From: an uncultured Chloroflexaceae bacterium
GTDB taxonomy: Bacteria > Chloroflexota > Chloroflexia > Chloroflexales > Chloroflexaceae
Assembly (NCBI GenBank): GCA_964410555.1
Contig: CAYPHM010000009.1
Span: 7,488 to 71,487, forward strand
Reading direction: 5' to 3'
DNA length: 64,000 nucleotides
The position numbers and the translations under genes are program-made. Position 1 is the stretch's first letter; each line of letters opens with the position of its first letter. The notes beneath the pieces are model-generated. The model did no database searches. It was not told the origin of the DNA and saw only the letters and a list, made by a program, of their open reading frames with translations. Shown here one piece after another: positions 1 to 8,918 of this stretch.

Positions 1-87
1 AGAAGACGTCGACTCCTGGACTATCTGAATAAGAAGGACAAAAACCGGTACCGCAATGTTGTAGAACGGCTTGGGTTGCGTCATTAG
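1..87 (+). CDS. rpsO: 30S ribosomal protein S15, 3' end (5' part lies outside the window)
   Basis: Frame 1 reads RRRRLLDYLNKKDKNRYRNVVERLGLRH then TAG at 85-87, a typical S15 C-terminus. It sits in classic rpsO-pnp synteny. Confidence 0.85.
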   Translation, partial: RRRRLLDYLNKKDKNRYRNVVERLGLRH

Positions 88-145
88 TGCTTATCTCATA
101 GCAGGAAAACGACAAAAAGTGAATACGTTTTATCAAAAAAGTATG

Positions 146-177
146 AGCACCAGCGGATGCAAAAACTTGCTGGTGCT
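146..177 (+). terminator. Stem-loop between rpsO and pnp (rpsO terminator or pnp leader hairpin)
   Basis: AGCACCAGC (146-154) pairs perfectly with GCTGGTGCT (169-177) and is followed by the T-rich TTGTTGCTTTGTT. The position matches the regulatory hairpin known for rpsO-pnp operons. Confidence 0.5.
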
Positions 178-206
178 TTGTTGCTTTGTTCAAGGAAGGC
201 TCATAT

Positions 207-2552
207 ATGTCAGAAAAGCAGGTCTATTCGGTTAGTACCGAAATCGCCGGAAGAACCCTTACCCTCGAAACAGGGAAATTTGCAGAGCAGGCTGATGGTG
301 CCGTCACAGTATGTTACGGGGACACCATGCTGCTCGCTACCGTTGTTGGATCAAAAGAACCTCGTGAAGGGATAGACTTTTTTCCCTTAACGGTAGATTA
401 TGAAGAGAAGATGTACGCCGCCGGGAAAATCCCCGGTAACTATTTCAAACGGGAAGGCAAGCCTACCACCACAGCTGTGCTGACCTCCCGCTTGACAGAT
501 CGTCCGCTCCGTCCCCTCTTTCCCAAAGAGTACAAAAACGAGGTCCAGATTATCATTACGACCTTCTGTATTGATATGATCAATGATCCTGGTCCCCTCT
601 GTATCATTGCAGCATCCGCTGCGCTCTCCATCAGTGATATACCTTTTGCTGGTCCGGTTGGGTCTGTGCAGGTAGGCTTCTTAGATGGGGAAATTGTTGT
701 CAACCCATCTATGGCTGATATGGACAATAGCAAACTGGACCTTGCCGTAGCCGGTACAAAGGATGCTGTCCTTATGGTAGAAGCCGGTGCCTACGAACTC
801 TCCGAAGAGGTGATGCTGGAAGGAATAATGCAAGGGCATGCGGCGTGTAAGGAGATTGTCGCGCTGCAAGAGCAGTTGGTCGCACAATGTGGCAAGCCCA
901 AGCGGGAGTTTATCTCGCCGGAATCTGATACCTCGCTAGAAGAGTCTATCAAAACCTATTTGAAGACTCGGCTCAAAGAAGCTATCAATCATCCTGACAA
1001 GGTAGTTCGTGAAGAAGCCATGCAGACCTTGCGTGATGATGTGGTTGTCCGTTTTACGGAAGATGAACCAGAAGAAGAGCTTGAAGAACGAACAAAAGCT
1101 GTAACGGGCATCTATGACAAACTACTCAAAGAAGAAGTCCGCAGAGCGATTTTGACGCAAGATTTGCGGGTAGATGGGCGAGGGTTAAAGGAAATCCGCC
1201 CGATTTCTATTGAAGTAGGGATTATCCCCAGGGTGCATGGCAGTGGGCTATTCACCCGTGGGCAGACGCAAGCATTGACCATTACTACGCTAGGATCACC
1301 TGGCGAGGAACAGCGACTCGATGATTTGGGCATTGAGACGAGCAAGCGGTATATTCACCATTACAATTTCCCCCCCTTCTGTACGGGTGAGGTGCGCCGC
1401 TTAGGAGTACCACGTCGTCGTGACATTGGGCATGGGGCGTTGGCAGAGCGTTCGTTGTATGCGGTGCTGCCAGATGAAAACAAGTTTCCCTACACTATGC
1501 GTTTGGTGAGCGAAATATTGAGCTCCAACGGCAGTAGCTCTATGGCGAGTGTGTGTGGCAGCAGCCTTAGCTTAATGGATGCTGGTGTGCCTATCAAGCA
1601 ACCAGTTGCGGGTATTGCTATGGGTTTGGTCATTGGTGAGGATGCCCAATGGAAAGTGCTAACGGACATCCAGGGGATTGAAGATGCGCTTGGCGATATG
1701 GATTTCAAGGTCGCAGGCACACGAGATGGTATCACTGGGTTGCAAATGGATATTAAGACCATTGGTATTACCTATGATATTATGCGGTTAGCCTTTGCCC
1801 AGGCATGCGAGGCACGGTTGCAAATCCTCGATAAAATGGAAGCAATCCTGCCGCAGTCGCGTGAGGAACTCTCTTCCTATGCACCGCGTATTATTACCCT
1901 TCAGATTCCTGTAGACAAGATTGGGGCAGTCATTGGTCCTGGTGGTAAGACCATACGCAGTATCATCGAGGAGACTGGCGCAACCATAGATGTTGAGGGA
2001 GATGGACGGGTCTTCGTAGCTACCTCTGATGGCAAAGCTGCTCAACAAGCCGTAGGAATCATTGAAGCCCTGACCCGTGAGGCTAAGATAGGCGATGTCT
2101 TTCTTGGTAAGGTTGTCCGTATCATCCCCGCTGGCGCGTTCGTCAATATTCTGCCGGGTAAAGACGGCATGGTGCATATCAGTGAGCTTTCCGATAGCCG
2201 CGTTGAGACTATCGAGGATGAGGTGAATATTGGCGATGAAATCAACGTTATGGTGATTGGGGTAGATCAGGCAACAGGCAAGATTAGCCTGAGCCGTCGG
2301 GCTATCCTTACGGGTGAAACAGCAGAAGAACGGATTGCTGCTCGTGGCAGTGGTGGTGGTAGCCGTGGTGGTGGTAGCCGTGGTGGCGGTAGCCGTGGTG
2401 GAGACCGTGACCGTGGCGGAGACCGTAGCCGTGGCGGAGACCGTGACCGTGGCGGAGACCGCGGCGGGAGTAGCCGTGACCGTGGCGGAGACCGTAGCAG
2501 CAGTAGCCGTGGCGGAGACCGTGACCGTCCACGTCCGCGCCGACGAACTTAG
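207..2552 (+). CDS. pnp: Polyribonucleotide nucleotidyltransferase (PNPase) with an Arg/Gly/Asp-rich C-terminal tail
   Basis: Two RNase PH-like domains, then KH (GPGGKTIR) and S1 (GKVVRI..GAFV) motifs. The ATG at 207 lies 6-8 nt after AAGGAAGG; the ORF track opens at an upstream TTG at 186. Confidence 0.95.
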   Translation: MSEKQVYSVSTEIAGRTLTLETGKFAEQADGAVTVCYGDTMLLATVVGSKEPREGIDFFPLTVDYEEKMYAAGKIPGNYFKREGKPTTTAVLTSRLTDRPLRPLFPKEYKNEVQIIITTFCIDMINDPGPLCIIAASAALSISDIPFAGPVGSVQVGFLDGEIVVNPSMADMDNSKLDLAVAGTKDAVLMVEAGAYELSEEVMLEGIMQGHAACKEIVALQEQLVAQCGKPKREFISPESDTSLEESIKTYLKTRLKEAINHPDKVVREEAMQTLRDDVVVRFTEDEPEEELEERTKAVTGIYDKLLKEEVRRAILTQDLRVDGRGLKEIRPISIEVGIIPRVHGSGLFTRGQTQALTITTLGSPGEEQRLDDLGIETSKRYIHHYNFPPFCTGEVRRLGVPRRRDIGHGALAERSLYAVLPDENKFPYTMRLVSEILSSNGSSSMASVCGSSLSLMDAGVPIKQPVAGIAMGLVIGEDAQWKVLTDIQGIEDALGDMDFKVAGTRDGITGLQMDIKTIGITYDIMRLAFAQACEARLQILDKMEAILPQSREELSSYAPRIITLQIPVDKIGAVIGPGGKTIRSIIEETGATIDVEGDGRVFVATSDGKAAQQAVGIIEALTREAKIGDVFLGKVVRIIPAGAFVNILPGKDGMVHISELSDSRVETIEDEVNIGDEINVMVIGVDQATGKISLSRRAILTGETAEERIAARGSGGGSRGGGSRGGGSRGGDRDRGGDRSRGGDRDRGGDRGGSSRDRGGDRSSSSRGGDRDRPRPRRRT

Positions 2553-2632
2553 TTTGTGTCATACCGAACGTATGTCCCTATGGTTTTGGGGTCTTGCAAA
2601 CGTTCGGATGACTCTTCATAATATGGAGGATT

Positions 2633-2661
2633 CCCCCGTTTCGGGGGCTTTTTTGTTTTTT
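2633..2661 (+). terminator. Rho-independent terminator after pnp
   Basis: CCCCCG-TTT-CGGGGG hairpin followed by CTTTTTTGTTTTTT. Confidence 0.7.
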
Positions 2662-2710
2662 GGGGATTTTTTCCTTGCTAAGGCGTGTGACCAGTAATTA
2701 CCCTTTTTTG

Positions 2711-2808
2711 CCCTCCATCCCCCATCCCCTGCCTTTTCCCACCGCGGAGAGAAGGGGAACCACGCACCAGGCATCCCCATCCCTAGCCCCTTTCCCCACC
2801 CGCCCTGG
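2711..2808. repeat. GC-rich modular interspersed repeat cluster (degenerate B-type units, C-rich strand on +)
   Basis: CCCCATCCCCTGCC..CCCACCGCGGAGAGAAGGGGAAC and CCCCATCCCTAGCCCC match the units seen at 12 other loci. Confidence 0.8.
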
Positions 2809-2898
2809 ATTACCTCATGTTCCTTTAGAGATTCGGGCAGAGCATGGTATAATCAGCCAAAGTGAATGTACAACATGTTGTCAAGGAGGACATAAATA

Positions 2899-5001
2899 GT
2901 GAAAATGTATGGTCCAGAGAAAATCCACAACATAGGGCTATTTGGTCACGGCGGATGTGGCAAAACAACCCTTGTGGAAGCCATGCTTCGCAAGTCAGGA
3001 GTCATTTCACGGATGGGACGTGTTGAAGACGGCAACACCGTAAGCGACTATGACCCAGATGAACACAAACGGAGCATGTCTATCAATCTAAGCGTTATCC
3101 CGCTAGAATGGGATGACAACAAACTGACCTTGCTCGACACGCCCGGCTATGCAGATTTTGCCGGCGATATGGCATCTGCTATGCGCGTGATTGATGGTGC
3201 GGTCATTGTGATGGACGCTTCGGCGGGCGTAGAAGTTGGTACCGAACTGGTGTGGGAGATCGCAGTACGCGAGAAGATGCCCCGTATCCTCTTTATCAAC
3301 AAGATGGATCGTGAGAATGCCAATTTCTTTCAATGTGTTGAGCAGGCGCGAGACATTCTCGATGAAGCCATTACCCCCATGCAAATTCCCATTGGTTCAG
3401 CAAAAGATTTCGGCGGGATTATTTCATTGCGTGAACAAGTCGCATGGATCTGTTCTGGCAGTCAGGATGGGATGTCTACGCAGGCTGAGGTGCCAGCAGA
3501 ATTGCACGAGCAGATGCAAGAATGGCGCACACAACTGATAGATAAAATTGCTGCGACAAATGATGATTTGATTGAAAAATATCTGGAGTCTGGTGAAGAT
3601 GCCCTGACTGCAGAGGAACTCCTCCGGGGGTTGCGAGCGGGTATTGCCAACGGAAGCATTGTTCCTGTCTTTTGTGGCTCTGGGTTGCAAGTATCTGGTA
3701 TTGGACACCTGATGACGGGCATATTGGATGCTATCCCCTCAGCTGCACGAAAGCAATTCCAGGCGACAGATCTCGTGTCAGGTGAAGAGGTAGCCCTGAA
3801 AAGTGCCAACAGCGAACCCCTCACGGCATTGGTCTTCAAAACGTTGGTAGACCAGTATGGCAAATCTACCTTCTTTCGCGTGTATAGTGGCGAATTTCAT
3901 AGCAATGGTACGGCATACAATACGCGCACCCGCGATGAAGAGCGCATAGGGCAGCTGTATGCGGTGTTTGGCAAGGAGCATACCGCGGTGGCGATGGTTG
4001 GTCCTGGCGATATTGGGATGACCACCAAGCTGGCAGATACGATGACCAATGACACCCTCTGTACCCCAGACCGCCCGCTGGAACTGGCAAAAATCACCTT
4101 CCCGTCACCGGTCTTTACCGCGGTGGTCAAACCGCATGGACGCTCAGACCTAGACAAGCTAGGCAGTGCTCTCATGCGGGTGTTGGAAGAAGATCCCTTG
4201 TTGCAAACTTCGCGTGATCCCTATACCGGCGAGTCCTTGCTCTCTGGTCTCAGCGAAAGTCATTTGCAGATTATTGCAGACCGCATGAAGCGCAAGTATG
4301 ATACCCATGTAGATATTGCCCTCCCGCGTATTCCCTATCGTGAGACGATTCGTTCAACGGCGCAAGCCCAATACCGCCACAAGAAACAGTCTGGCGGTGC
4401 GGGGCAGTTTGCCGATGTTTCCCTACGGATTGAGCCAAAAGAGCCAGACCCAGAACATGAAGATACCTTGGAGTTTGTGAGCGAGATTGTTGGTGGGGTG
4501 GTTAGCCGGGGCTTTTGGCCCGCTGTTGAGAAGGGGGTGCGTGAGGCGATGACCGAGGGGGTTCTTGCTGGAAATCCAGTAGTCAATGTGCGAGTTGCTC
4601 TATTTGATGGCAAAGAACACCCGGTAGATTCAAAGGAAATTGCCTTTAAGTCAGCTGGCTTACATGCCTTCAAGCTCGCAGCAGAGAAGGCAAACCCGGT
4701 GATTATTGAGCCTATCTACCTGCTGGAGATTACTGTGCCAGAACAGTTCGCAGGTGATGTCATGAGTGACCTCAATACGCGGCGTGGTCGGGTGTTGGGG
4801 ATGTTGCCGGCGGGTCGGGGCAAAACAACTGTGACTGCCCATGTACCATTGGCAGAGTGCCAGCGGTATTCGACAGATCTACGCGGGTTTACGCAGGGGC
4901 GTGGGACATTCAAGATGCAGTATGATCACTACGAAGATGTACCTGCCCATATTATCCAAACATTGGTAGAGGCGTACCAGCAGAGCCGCCAACACGACTA
5001 A
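2899..5001 (+). CDS. Elongation factor G-like translational GTPase (paralogue, outside the str operon)
   Basis: G1 GHGGCGKTT, G3 DTPGYADF, G4 NKMD, then EF-G domains II-V along 700 aa. GTG start lies 9 nt after AAGGAGG. Confidence 0.85.
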   Translation: MKMYGPEKIHNIGLFGHGGCGKTTLVEAMLRKSGVISRMGRVEDGNTVSDYDPDEHKRSMSINLSVIPLEWDDNKLTLLDTPGYADFAGDMASAMRVIDGAVIVMDASAGVEVGTELVWEIAVREKMPRILFINKMDRENANFFQCVEQARDILDEAITPMQIPIGSAKDFGGIISLREQVAWICSGSQDGMSTQAEVPAELHEQMQEWRTQLIDKIAATNDDLIEKYLESGEDALTAEELLRGLRAGIANGSIVPVFCGSGLQVSGIGHLMTGILDAIPSAARKQFQATDLVSGEEVALKSANSEPLTALVFKTLVDQYGKSTFFRVYSGEFHSNGTAYNTRTRDEERIGQLYAVFGKEHTAVAMVGPGDIGMTTKLADTMTNDTLCTPDRPLELAKITFPSPVFTAVVKPHGRSDLDKLGSALMRVLEEDPLLQTSRDPYTGESLLSGLSESHLQIIADRMKRKYDTHVDIALPRIPYRETIRSTAQAQYRHKKQSGGAGQFADVSLRIEPKEPDPEHEDTLEFVSEIVGGVVSRGFWPAVEKGVREAMTEGVLAGNPVVNVRVALFDGKEHPVDSKEIAFKSAGLHAFKLAAEKANPVIIEPIYLLEITVPEQFAGDVMSDLNTRRGRVLGMLPAGRGKTTVTAHVPLAECQRYSTDLRGFTQGRGTFKMQYDHYEDVPAHIIQTLVEAYQQSRQHD

Positions 5002-5011
5002 TGTGGTCGCA

Positions 5012-5265
5012 GGGAGCGGGGGCAGGGGCTAGGGCCCTGCCCCCGCTCCCATAAAGGGCGACACCCTCTCCCCCCTGCCCCCTCTCCCATAAAGGGCGAG
5101 GGGGAGTTGCCCGGTTCCCCTTCTCCCCGCGGTGGGACGCGGGGCTAGGGGATGGGGGGCTGCCCGAAAGGGAAGGGGCTAGGGGATGGGGGCAAAACAA
5201 CCCGTTCCCCCCCTGCCCCCGCTCCTATTCTTAGGGCGAGGGGGAGCGGGAGGAAAGGCTGGGGC
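5012..5265. repeat. GC-rich modular repeat cluster (A and B units), opening with a 16-bp-stem hairpin
   Basis: GGGAGCGGGGGCAGGG / CCCTGCCCCCGCTCCC hairpin at 5012-5050. Downstream are CTCCCATAAAGGGCGAGGGGGAG and GGTTCCCCTTCTCCCCGCGGTGGGACGCGGGGCTAGGGGATGGGGGG units. Confidence 0.9.
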
Positions 5266-5465
5266 TATACATCTTTTTATGCCCAGGAAAAAGAGTCTGC
5301 CACACCGAAAATACCCCGCTGTATTTTTGACATACTACCTAAATCCGGGTATACTCACAGAAGTATACTTTTGCGTATTTTTATAGAGATTTATTGAGAA
5401 ATCACATCCGCTTCATATCATACTAACTGAGTATAAAAAAAGCATAGCTAAAGGAGGAACAGCCC

Positions 5466-6740
5466 ATGCATGGTCACGCCGGCAATGGACACCCTGGTTC
5501 AGAACATCCCCCCGCTGCTGGGGGGCATCCGCACAAACAACGCGGACTTATCCGACACCCTATCTATGATCTTAATGAGCGACCCTTTATTGTCATTTGG
5601 GAAACAACCCAAGCATGCGATCTCGCATGTCGCCACTGCCGCATGGGAGTGAACGACGAGCATGATCCCTTGATACTCTCGTATGAAGAAGGCTGCATGC
5701 TCATGGATCAGATTGCCGATTTCGGCAAGCCTAGCCCAATCTTTGTCATGACCGGCGGCGACCCCTTCAAACGAGAGGACCTTTTTGACCTTATTCACTA
5801 TGGCGACCAGCATGGATTAACCGTTGCTATCTCCCCTTCTGGCACCCCCCTGCTCAATACCGAGAACATCAAACTGGCACGAGAGCGGGGCGCACGCGCT
5901 ATGTCGCTCAGTGTAGATGGCTCCAATGCCCAAATTCACGATGATTTTCGGCAGGTGCCGGGCGTATTTGACCGCACCATCGATGCTTGGAAAGTCTCCC
6001 GTGAAGTTGGGATGAAAGTACAGATCAATACCACCGTATCGCGGTATAACCTGTTTGACATTCCCAACATCTTCTCGCTTGCCTATGAGATTGGGGCTAT
6101 GACGTGGGCACTCTTCTTCCTCGTGCCTACCGGACGTGCCGTCGAAGAGGATGAAATCTCCCCTGAAGACTACGAATCTGTGATGAACTTCCTCTATGAT
6201 GCGTCTAAGTACGTCAGTGCCAAGACGGTTGAGGGACACCACTACAAGCGCATTGTGGTTCAGCGAGCGACCCTAGAGCAAAAAGGACTGCCCTATGAAG
6301 AGTATATGCAGCTGAACGACACCTACTACAAGCTGAAAGAACAACTTGATGCGATAGTCAAAGAGAAGAACATCCCCCCACCCGCCGAGCGCATTCGCCG
6401 TCCGCCTATGCACGTCAACTCTGGCAACGGGTTTGTCTTCATTTCCCAGCGTGGTGAAGTCCGCCCCTGTGGGTACCTCCCCATGCTGGTGGGCAACATC
6501 CGTGACCAATCGCTTGTAGACATCTATCGCAATAGCCCCGAACTCTGCTCCCTGCGCGACAGGTCAGCCCTCAAAGGGCGTTGTGGCGAATGTGAGTTTT
6601 ACTCGCTGTGCAGCGGCTCACGTTCCCGTGCCTATGCGATGACCGGTGATGCGTTGGAAGAAGAGCACTATTGTGTCTACCAACCCGGCTCCTTCCCCTT
6701 CGTTGAAGAAGCCTTCAAGTTTTCTGGTATCAAAGCCTAA
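5466..6740 (+). CDS. Radical SAM enzyme with C-terminal SPASM-like Cys cluster (NirJ/AhbD/PqqE-like)
   Basis: CDLACRHC (Cx3Cx2C) near the N-terminus and a C-terminal CGECEFYSLCSGSRSRAY..HYC cluster. RBS AAGGAGG lies 7 nt upstream. The N-terminus is His/Gly/Pro-rich. Confidence 0.85.
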   Translation: MHGHAGNGHPGSEHPPAAGGHPHKQRGLIRHPIYDLNERPFIVIWETTQACDLACRHCRMGVNDEHDPLILSYEEGCMLMDQIADFGKPSPIFVMTGGDPFKREDLFDLIHYGDQHGLTVAISPSGTPLLNTENIKLARERGARAMSLSVDGSNAQIHDDFRQVPGVFDRTIDAWKVSREVGMKVQINTTVSRYNLFDIPNIFSLAYEIGAMTWALFFLVPTGRAVEEDEISPEDYESVMNFLYDASKYVSAKTVEGHHYKRIVVQRATLEQKGLPYEEYMQLNDTYYKLKEQLDAIVKEKNIPPPAERIRRPPMHVNSGNGFVFISQRGEVRPCGYLPMLVGNIRDQSLVDIYRNSPELCSLRDRSALKGRCGECEFYSLCSGSRSRAYAMTGDALEEEHYCVYQPGSFPFVEEAFKFSGIKA

Positions 6741-6752
6741 AACCAAGTAGTT

Positions 6753-6785
6753 GGGAGAGGCTAGGGGTATCCCCTAGCCTCTCCC
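6753..6785 (+). terminator. Perfect 15-bp-stem hairpin after the radical SAM gene
   Basis: GGGAGAGGCTAGGGG-TAT-CCCCTAGCCTCTCCC. There is no clear T-tract. The stem shares the GGCTAGGGG motif with the repeat family. Confidence 0.55.
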
Positions 6786-6849
6786 CTAAACCAAAGCTAC
6801 GGCTAGACCTTTCTGTCTTTCTATTTTTTACCGTACTATCTCTTTGTCT

Positions 6850-7794
6850 ATGCGACTCATTTCCTATCTTAAACCCAATAGCAACATTGTACGCCCTGGG
6901 GTCATCACCAGGGATGGCGAGTTTGTCCTTGACCTCAGCAAGATTGCTCCGAGCATACACAGGATCATTGAGGAGTCCTATCTCAGCCTCAATGACGTGC
7001 GGTTTTCCCTCACCAGCCATGATCGGTGGGTTATGTATCTGAAGCCAGAAGAACAAGGGACTCCCTCTCCCAGACTAGCAGAAACTCACCTCTTGGCTCC
7101 TATCATTCGTCCATCCAAGAACATTGTTTGTTTGGGCAAAAACTATGCTGCCCACGCTATTGAGACTGCCCGCACCCTGGGACAAAAGGAGCATATCCCA
7201 GAAGAGCCTATCTTCTTTACCAAAGCTGTGACGACCATAAACCACCCCGGCTATGCTATTCCCTATGACCCGGCTATTACTACCCAACTCGACTGGGAGG
7301 TAGAACTTGCTGTTATTATTGGTAAACGTTGCCGGAATATTAAGCCAGAGGTCGCCAAGCTCCACATTTTTGGCTATACGATTATGATAGACGTGACGGC
7401 ACGCGACCTGCAAAAACGCCACCGTCAATATTTCAAGGGCAAGAGTCTGGATGGCACTGCCCCGCTTGGTCCCTGGATTGTCACACCAGACGAACTGCCA
7501 GACCCGCATACGCTTGGTATACGGCTACGGGTGAACGGCGAGACGATGCAAGAAGCCAATACCAACCAGATGATTCACACCATCCCCAACATTATAGCGA
7601 CACTCTCTCGTGGCATGACCCTAGAACCCGGCGATATTATCGCCACTGGCACACCGGCTGGTGTGGGTATGGCAATGGACCCACCCCGCTTTCTCCAGCC
7701 CGGTGATACCATCGAGGCGGAAATAGACGGCATCGGAACGCTAACCAGTTATGTTGCTGAACCTGTACAGAAAGAATCCCCAAATACCGAATGA
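6850..7794 (+). CDS. Fumarylacetoacetate hydrolase (FAH) family protein
   Basis: GKNYAAH, DWEVELAVIIGK and GDIIATGTPAGVG motifs. ATG at 6850; the ORF track opens at TTG 6844. Confidence 0.85.
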   Translation: MRLISYLKPNSNIVRPGVITRDGEFVLDLSKIAPSIHRIIEESYLSLNDVRFSLTSHDRWVMYLKPEEQGTPSPRLAETHLLAPIIRPSKNIVCLGKNYAAHAIETARTLGQKEHIPEEPIFFTKAVTTINHPGYAIPYDPAITTQLDWEVELAVIIGKRCRNIKPEVAKLHIFGYTIMIDVTARDLQKRHRQYFKGKSLDGTAPLGPWIVTPDELPDPHTLGIRLRVNGETMQEANTNQMIHTIPNIIATLSRGMTLEPGDIIATGTPAGVGMAMDPPRFLQPGDTIEAEIDGIGTLTSYVAEPVQKESPNTE

Positions 7795-8576
7795 ACAGTC
7801 CCCAATCGTTGTTGCAACAGGTGGCAGAGTATGCTCGTGCCGATGGCAAAGAGGACTATTTTCGCTTACACCAACACCGCTATGCGGCTATTCTCGATGC
7901 ATTGGACGATGCCCCCTCTGGCGCACGGGTGCTGGAGGTCGGCGTTACACCGGGGCAGTGTACCCGGTTGTTGGTACTCTCTGGCTATCACGTATGCGGG
8001 GTAGACCTAGACCCTACCCCACGAAAAGCCCTGTGGGAGCAGCTAGGTGTGCCAGTCTGCCAAATGAATCTCGAACGAGACAACATCCCCTATGCTGATG
8101 GCACGTTTGATCGGGTAGTTTTCTCTGAGGTGATAGAGCATCTGGTCTATTCGCCGCTGCCAGTCCTGCGCGAATTTTGGCGAGTGCTTGCGCCCGGTGG
8201 CAAGCTGATTATTACGACCCCAAACGAACTCTACCTCAAAAGCCGCATGCGAGCATTGGTGCATATGTTGCTTTGGCGTAGCCTTGATACCCCGGCAGAG
8301 TTTCGCCACAAGATGCGGCTAGAAGGTGATGCTCGCTACACCACCCACACCCGTATTTATACGATGCAAGAACTCTGCTGGCTTGTAGAACAGGCAGGGT
8401 TTCAGGTGGAACGGCAACAGTATAGCGCAGCATGGGAACGGGTTGGGCTAGAGACGGGACGGTTGCGACACAACCCCGCTGGCGTGTTGGCAAAGGCAAT
8501 CCTCACTGGCATCACCACAATGCTGCCCCCCATCCGTTCTATGCTCGTGGTGACAGCAACCAAGCCAATAGCATAG
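7791..8576 (+). CDS. Class I SAM-dependent methyltransferase
   Basis: VLEVGVTPG (motif I) and FDRVVFSEVIEHL. ATGA overlap with the FAH gene stop suggests translational coupling. Confidence 0.8.
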   Translation: MNSPQSLLQQVAEYARADGKEDYFRLHQHRYAAILDALDDAPSGARVLEVGVTPGQCTRLLVLSGYHVCGVDLDPTPRKALWEQLGVPVCQMNLERDNIPYADGTFDRVVFSEVIEHLVYSPLPVLREFWRVLAPGGKLIITTPNELYLKSRMRALVHMLLWRSLDTPAEFRHKMRLEGDARYTTHTRIYTMQELCWLVEQAGFQVERQQYSAAWERVGLETGRLRHNPAGVLAKAILTGITTMLPPIRSMLVVTATKPIA

Positions 8577-8918
8577 GTTGTGCCTAGCACAAAGACGGTA
8601 TACAGACAAGATTACCCCCAAATATCCACACCCTACCCTTGACGAGAGAGCCTGCACCCTCTAAACTAGGTTTTGAAAGACACGCTGGCTCTCCCCCGCT
8701 AACCATACCTAACATCACGAGCTAGGGGGACTTTGCTACAACTAACAACCGACAAGACACCTTGCCTAATCCTAAAATGAAGAGACAATGCCCTCCTTGC
8801 AATGTGTTGGGAAGTCAAGCCTAGACACGACAAAAGAGGGGAAGGGTATACAATATGAGAGAGCGCAAGAACATTGCTGTTGCTTGCATTGCTCAAGGAA
8901 GAGAGGTTAATACATTGA

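Noticed and set aside
2308-2697. ORFs of 84 aa (minus) and 127 aa (plus) overlapping the 3' end of pnp.
   Set aside because: They are alternative-frame artefacts of the tandem GGT/CGT/GAC repeat that encodes the PNPase RGG tail.
2660-2899. A 79-aa ORF upstream of the EF-G-like gene.
   Set aside because: It spans the terminator T-tract and a repeat cluster and is Pro/Ser-rich. It is most likely non-coding leader or promoter DNA.
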